Below, one piece after another: positions 36,816-64,000 of a DNA stretch of 64,000 nt. Each line of letters opens with the position of its first letter. Position 1 is the first letter of the stretch. The stretch comes from Amoebidium appalachense (lineage: Eukaryota > Protista > Ichthyosporea). The stretch lies in the NCBI GenBank assembly GCA_963693365.1, contig CAVNZM010000010.1:7503794-7567793 (forward strand), read 5' to 3'. The notes below the pieces were generated by a model. It was given only the letters and a program-made list of their open reading frames with translations, was not told the origin of the DNA and did no database searches. A program made the position numbers and the translations under genes.

Positions 36816-37685
36816 CTTGCCTTGACGCCTATCAAACTAGGCTAAAAACCTACACTCTGCTTACTATCCCGTGCCATCAGCCTTGCAAGAGTGCTGATCT
36901 ACGTTGAACAGATCCTCGAATTGTTCCTACTTAGCCTACACCATCCCGTGCTACGATGTCGAGAATACTGAGCTATGTGCAAGTCAAACAAAAAGCTAAT
37001 GAATATCAACACAAACCGCTATTCACCAGCCTGTTTCACGTGTGCTGATAGAGTTCCGCGTGTACACCTGCTAGCGCTAAGCGTGCTCGCAGTGAAAACA
37101 ACCTTCAAAACACTCCAAGCGTGTACCGGCAACTGACTGTGCGGAGGCTGTGACTCGCGAATTATTTCAGAGGGGGGGCAAAAACACTCTACCAGAAGGC
37201 TCAGTAATCATGCAGTTTTTTCGCAAGCCCTTGTGAGGTCTTTATCGGTTTTAATTGACATCGAAATACATAAACAAAAGTGCAAGATGGTTTGAGCTGT
37301 GCTACCCCTTGTATTTTACCTAAGTTTTTTGCATTACTGCATTTATGTACAGCCTGCACCGTGAGACTTTTATTGTTCTTGGAGCGGCCGCCGTTCACTT
37401 CGAAAGCCTCCAGTCATGCATCGTATTGAATAAATTTGCGTCGCTCAGCTGGTGGTGTCTGATTGGCTAGATTTGAATCATGGACCAGACTCTCCAAAAC
37501 GGTGTGCGTGTGCCATGACTGTGACTTGTGGGTGCTGGACATCGCACTTTTCGAGGAGGAAGTGGATTGAAATGCAAATATGTACCGTGTTAGTGCTCGG
37601 GCCTTGTCAACCAGTAGGTGGTTGTGGGAGTGGTGTGCGTGTGTGTGTGGGTGGGTGGGGAAGGGCGGAGATCTAGAGAAGGGGG

Positions 37686-37720
<35 letters not shown>

Positions 37721-38101
37721 GGAGTGAGGGGTGATTGCCATCTGATGGTATATTGGGCACATTACATTGCAACAGCCGTGGAGGGAGACAGCAGGTGTAC
37801 GGATGCATGTAGGTTAACTGTAATCAACAAAGAAGATTACAGTGAAGAGCCCATCATCAACATAAAAATAGTGGTCACGTCCCTAGGTTTTTCGGAACTT
37901 GTCCTTCGCAATCATTATGATCAGCCGCACTGTGCCGCAGCCAGTTATTCTGTCCTTCGACTTTATTCCCTATTTACACCACAAAAAGATTTACTATTAG
38001 TAAATATGTGTAAAAACAACAAATATAACAGGCCAGGTTTGAGAGTTATATGATCACGGAACAGTCGTACTCCTCTAAATTTAATCTAACAGGGCATAAT
38101 T

Positions 38102-38160
<59 letters not shown>

Positions 38161-38779
38161 CCACCACCGCCACCACCACCACCACACACACACACACACA
38201 AAAAAAAAAAAAAGAAAGAAAGAAAGAAAAAAAAAGGAAAAGGAAAGAAAAAAAAAAGAAAACCCACCCACCCACCTACCGACCCCGGCATACATTACTT
38301 CAATACTACATTGTCGACAACCGAACACTCAACCTCTCAGGGAAAGTGAGGAAAAGAGAAAATGAGATGTATGTGTGTGTGTCTGAGTGCCATTATGTTT
38401 CCTCACATCAAAAGAAAGGACCCCATCTCACCCTTCTTATTGACAACCTCCAGAGCATAAATGCTTCTGAAGCCATCGTGCACCTCAAGAAACAATTTGC
38501 AATTTTCACCTCTTCTTATGCCCATTCCATGTTCATCAGTTCCCAAACACATCCCCAAAGCCACACACCAGCGAACAGATATGAAAAATGGTTACTACTC
38601 CCAAGGGAGATGAAGGATACCATACAAGAATCATCTTGAAGAATGCCACAACGGGGTTAATCAACGGAGTGATTCGACGGCTACATACAATAACTGCACA
38701 TGACATCAGCACTAACACTAGAACACTAGAAACCTACATAGATTCATGCCCTGCCGCTGACTCGTATACCTTGCAGTCT

Positions 38780-48572
<9,793 letters not shown>

Positions 48573-50063
48573 GGTTGCGGAAGGAAAAAGGCTGCACGCC
48601 CACACTTGTTTTTATGCTGTCCAGATGTATGTCCTTGGTAAAAGGCCTGTTAATTGCTTTTACGTCCTATTGTGAAGTTACTATACACCTATATTGAGAA
48701 TGTTAGCGCTTTTGGTTGTAAGTAGCTAGAGCGTTTACAACACAACAACCATTCAGCTAGGCTTCGGACCCGTCAAGTTGGCCAACTTCGCTGTAAACTG
48801 TGTTTCGAGAGCTGGTGTGTACATGTGACATTTCCAAGGCACATTCCGATCTAGAAGTGTGTAGGGCTTGAACTTCGCATGGTGTTTCTAGAATCCTGTG
48901 AAGTGTCGTTCATCTTTTGAGTCCGCTGATTTTTTAACCAGTGGTTCCGTTGTGCAAATATTGTTCATGTTTACGATAAAACCCCTTGTCGTGACGGTTG
49001 GTGCCTTTACAACGTAGTTAGGATCATCGAGCTGCCAAGAACTTCCCCTCACCCAGGGGCTAATATAACACCCTGGTAATGCTTTTTCGGGTCGAGCCAA
49101 TCTATAGGTCGGGTCCACTGGCAACAACAAGCACACATTTTTGCGGCAGTGCAGTTTAAAAAATGACGTAATGCAGCCGAAAAATAAACTTGAAGCAGCC
49201 ACGCCATTGTATACGTCTGTTTATTTTATCTGGTCATGGTAGACTTTTACTTTCCTCTGGTCCTCACTCACAATCTAGCTCAACGACTCGACTCGGGCCA
49301 AGTCCGGCCCTCCTGAATCTTTAACGGTTAAATGATCGGATAGATTCACAGGAGTAGATCAAGCCCCTCACAATTTCTTTTCATAGCCTTCTACAAAATT
49401 TTACAATGACGTTTTTGAATGCTTTAAAAGATATACTGCAATAAAACTACTCAAATATAGCAATTATATACATATAAAGTTTTAAATTATTATATTTAGC
49501 TATATACATAGTATATTATCATTTTTGGCGGGCTACATATTATTTCAACGCTTCTGCATGGAGGTAGCCGCAATCTCACATTGTGGGTATAGGGTGACTC
49601 AAGTCAATCATCATACCTCAGGCACATATCCCTCAAGTTTATGTAATAGTTGGTCGCCTTGGTCACGGTGTCTTGTAACTTGTTGGACAATAAGAAGCCA
49701 TTTTATGGAAGGTAGTTATGACTTAAGCTGTTTTTTTTTCCTTCCAAACTGCGAGCTGCTCAGTTTATTATGTCAAAGTCAGGGGTTCCAGAGCATATGC
49801 ACTAACTTTTCGAAGGCAACGGTTGACTAAGTCCGCAAAGTTACTGTCACCTATAAAGAACACAAATACTGCCTTTATGTGCACGCTGCGTAGCACTGCA
49901 CCACATCTGACGGCCTCTGAAAAGGATTTTAATGAACTACGCTGTTTAAGATACAACACATGCAATTGGACATGCTCGTTCAACATCGGTTGAAGCCAAT
50001 CACAGTCACTGAGGCCTTATAACTGCAGATGGACAGGGGGTTTCCTTTATAAAATATAAAACC
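48573..50063. promoter_or_regulatory. Divergent (head-to-head) promoter region between the UBL gene and the histidine kinase gene
   Basis: About 1.5 kb of repeat-free sequence between two divergent start codons; CCAAT at 49996-50000 and TATAAAA at 50048-50054 on +. Confidence 0.55.
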
Positions 50064-50181
50064 ATGGAGCAAACCGAGCTTGATGCTGGGCGTGTTGATA
50101 CGAATGTGCACTGTCGCTGCCAGGACTGCAGCTGCTGCTGTGGGAAAAGGCGCACTTCTTTGGGAGACATAGCAAAGTCAC

Positions 50182-62156
<11,975 letters not shown>

Positions 62157-62395
62157 TCGGTGTGGGCACCACAAGGGACGTAGGGCACAATGTTGGCCCC
62201 TTCTCCCCCTTACACCCCTTTCTGTGGCCTAAATATCATAGCGTCTCAAATCATTTCTGCTGTATTGTCTACACATACATGCGGCTGCCATGTTGGATGA
62301 CACGAAAAGTCTGTGGTGATGTACTGTGTTCGTATGGCCCTATGAAACTTCCACAGTGTAAATGTTTTGTTTTGCTTTGGAGGGATCAAGGGTTT

Positions 62396-62433
<38 letters not shown>

Positions 62434-63005
62434 TTGTTGGCATGGACCTTTGTGTTTGAGTGCCAGATATGTGCACTAATTTTTTAGTATGAATGGTTTA
62501 TGCACCAATCGGATAGGGATTGCTTAAGTAGCTGACGTCGTATAAATGAACATTATTAGCACGTAGGTGGGTGATAGCACCGTTACCCCGCCTTGACTGT
62601 GATGGTACTATGAGTGTGCTTGGTGGCAGCCGCTTTAGATAAACGGCCCGTGTAACTGCAGATGTAGGAATGAAATGTAAATAATTTAGCGTTCTAAAAA
62701 AGGGTGTGAATTGAGGCACCATATTAAGTGATAGATTTACAATAATGTCTAGACCAGTATTTCGACTATAAATGGTGGGGTACGGCTCATAAATAAGCTG
62801 ATTGAGAAGTATAATACTTGCCTGTTGTTATTGTGACTTCGGAAGGGGAGCACATAGGAATGAAGATGCTTGGAACTACGCTGATCACACTCGATGGTAA
62901 ATATAGCAAATAAATGTGCTCGATGGTAATTATTCATGTAATGTACAGGGCTTCAAAAAACATAGATGGTGCTTCAATCCTTCTGGTAGTACAGCACAAG
63001 CGTCC

Positions 63006-63068
<63 letters not shown>

Positions 63069-63098
63069 CAAACACACACACACACACACGCGCGCGCG

Positions 63099-63130
<32 letters not shown>

Positions 63131-64000
63131 CACACAAACACGCACACACACACCACGACCACCCACCCACCAAAAGAAAAACCCCACACACACACGCACA
63201 CTATGAACATATATAAACGTGCACTTACACGCGGCATCTAATTATACACAATTGAGCAAGTGCAGACGCCCACATGCGCGCGCATACAGCACACACATAC
63301 AAACACACACACGCGCGCGCGTGCACACACACACACGCACACACACACACACGAGTACACTTCAAGGTATCACATTACACACAACTGGCGGGCAAACATG
63401 CATCATCATCTTGTTCGTGTTCAATAGGATCTCGCCCACACACTACATTGTAGTTTGCATGTCACAATCTCATGCACCACTATGTGCGCATGCATGTGAC
63501 GATATGCAAGGCACCCGTCTCATCTTATCACTTTGGGCCGCCTTCGAATGTCAGCTACCCATCATCAGCAGAACCCCCCCTCCCCCCTCGGGCCCTCCCC
63601 TCCCCCCCCCTTCCCCTCCCCCTTCCCCCCGCCGCCGCCTTTGATCTGAACACAGACACATCTCCCATCCGCTCTCTCGGTCGACACATGAAGTCGTACA
63701 GCTTGCTCCCACCCCCGTGTTGAAAAGGTTTTTAAATGCACGTGCCAGTGGACACTTCAAATAGTGTGTACAGTAGGCGTGTAATCTGTGTCAAAAGTCG
63801 AGTACTCAGGGGATAGGCTAATCATTCACTTTTGCTACACATGCACGGAAGAAGGATGGAGGGCGGGTGAGGGATGAGTGGGTGGGTGGGTGATAATTTT
63901 TTATTTTTTATTTTTTTATTTTTTATTTTTTATTTTTTTTTGGGGGGGGGGGGTGGGAGGGGGGGGAGGGGTATGCGACACACGATGCACAGCCCGGGAG

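Noticed and set aside
50170-50172. Genome-wide TAG reassignment to explain the in-frame stop upstream of the kinase
   Set aside because: No other in-frame TAG is needed in the several kb of exons reconstructed here, and the DENN model appears to end at TAG.

Overview
Eukaryotic, intron-rich genomic DNA. Introns are saturated with (CA/TG)n, (GA)n, (GCAC)n and poly-G/C tracts, so almost all supplied ORFs are microsatellite artefacts. Manual splicing (GT-AG phase tracking) gives four protein-coding genes: (1) a 3-exon POT/PTR peptide transporter (-, 2306-5025); (2) a ~25-kb multi-exon DENN-domain Rab-GEF (-, 11938-36815); (3) an 11-exon ubiquitin-like, UBL7-resembling protein that needs one GC-AG intron (-, 38780-48572); (4) a 14-exon soluble hybrid histidine kinase, PAS-HisKA-HATPase-REC (+, 50182-62156). 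The most interesting signal is in the kinase: after the receiver domain it carries a degenerate RRM-fold-like module and a basic NLS-like tail, and its 5' end overlaps an out-of-frame Cys-rich ORF that would join the PAS domain with a single-base shift. Other notable structure: C-runs directly after many 5' splice sites, a fourfold tandem duplication of a 3' splice site, and a foldback/MITE-like inverted-repeat element in the 5.3-11.9 kb intergenic region. A non-animal eukaryote, possibly a unicellular holozoan, is an inference only. All exon models are by-eye predictions without transcript support.
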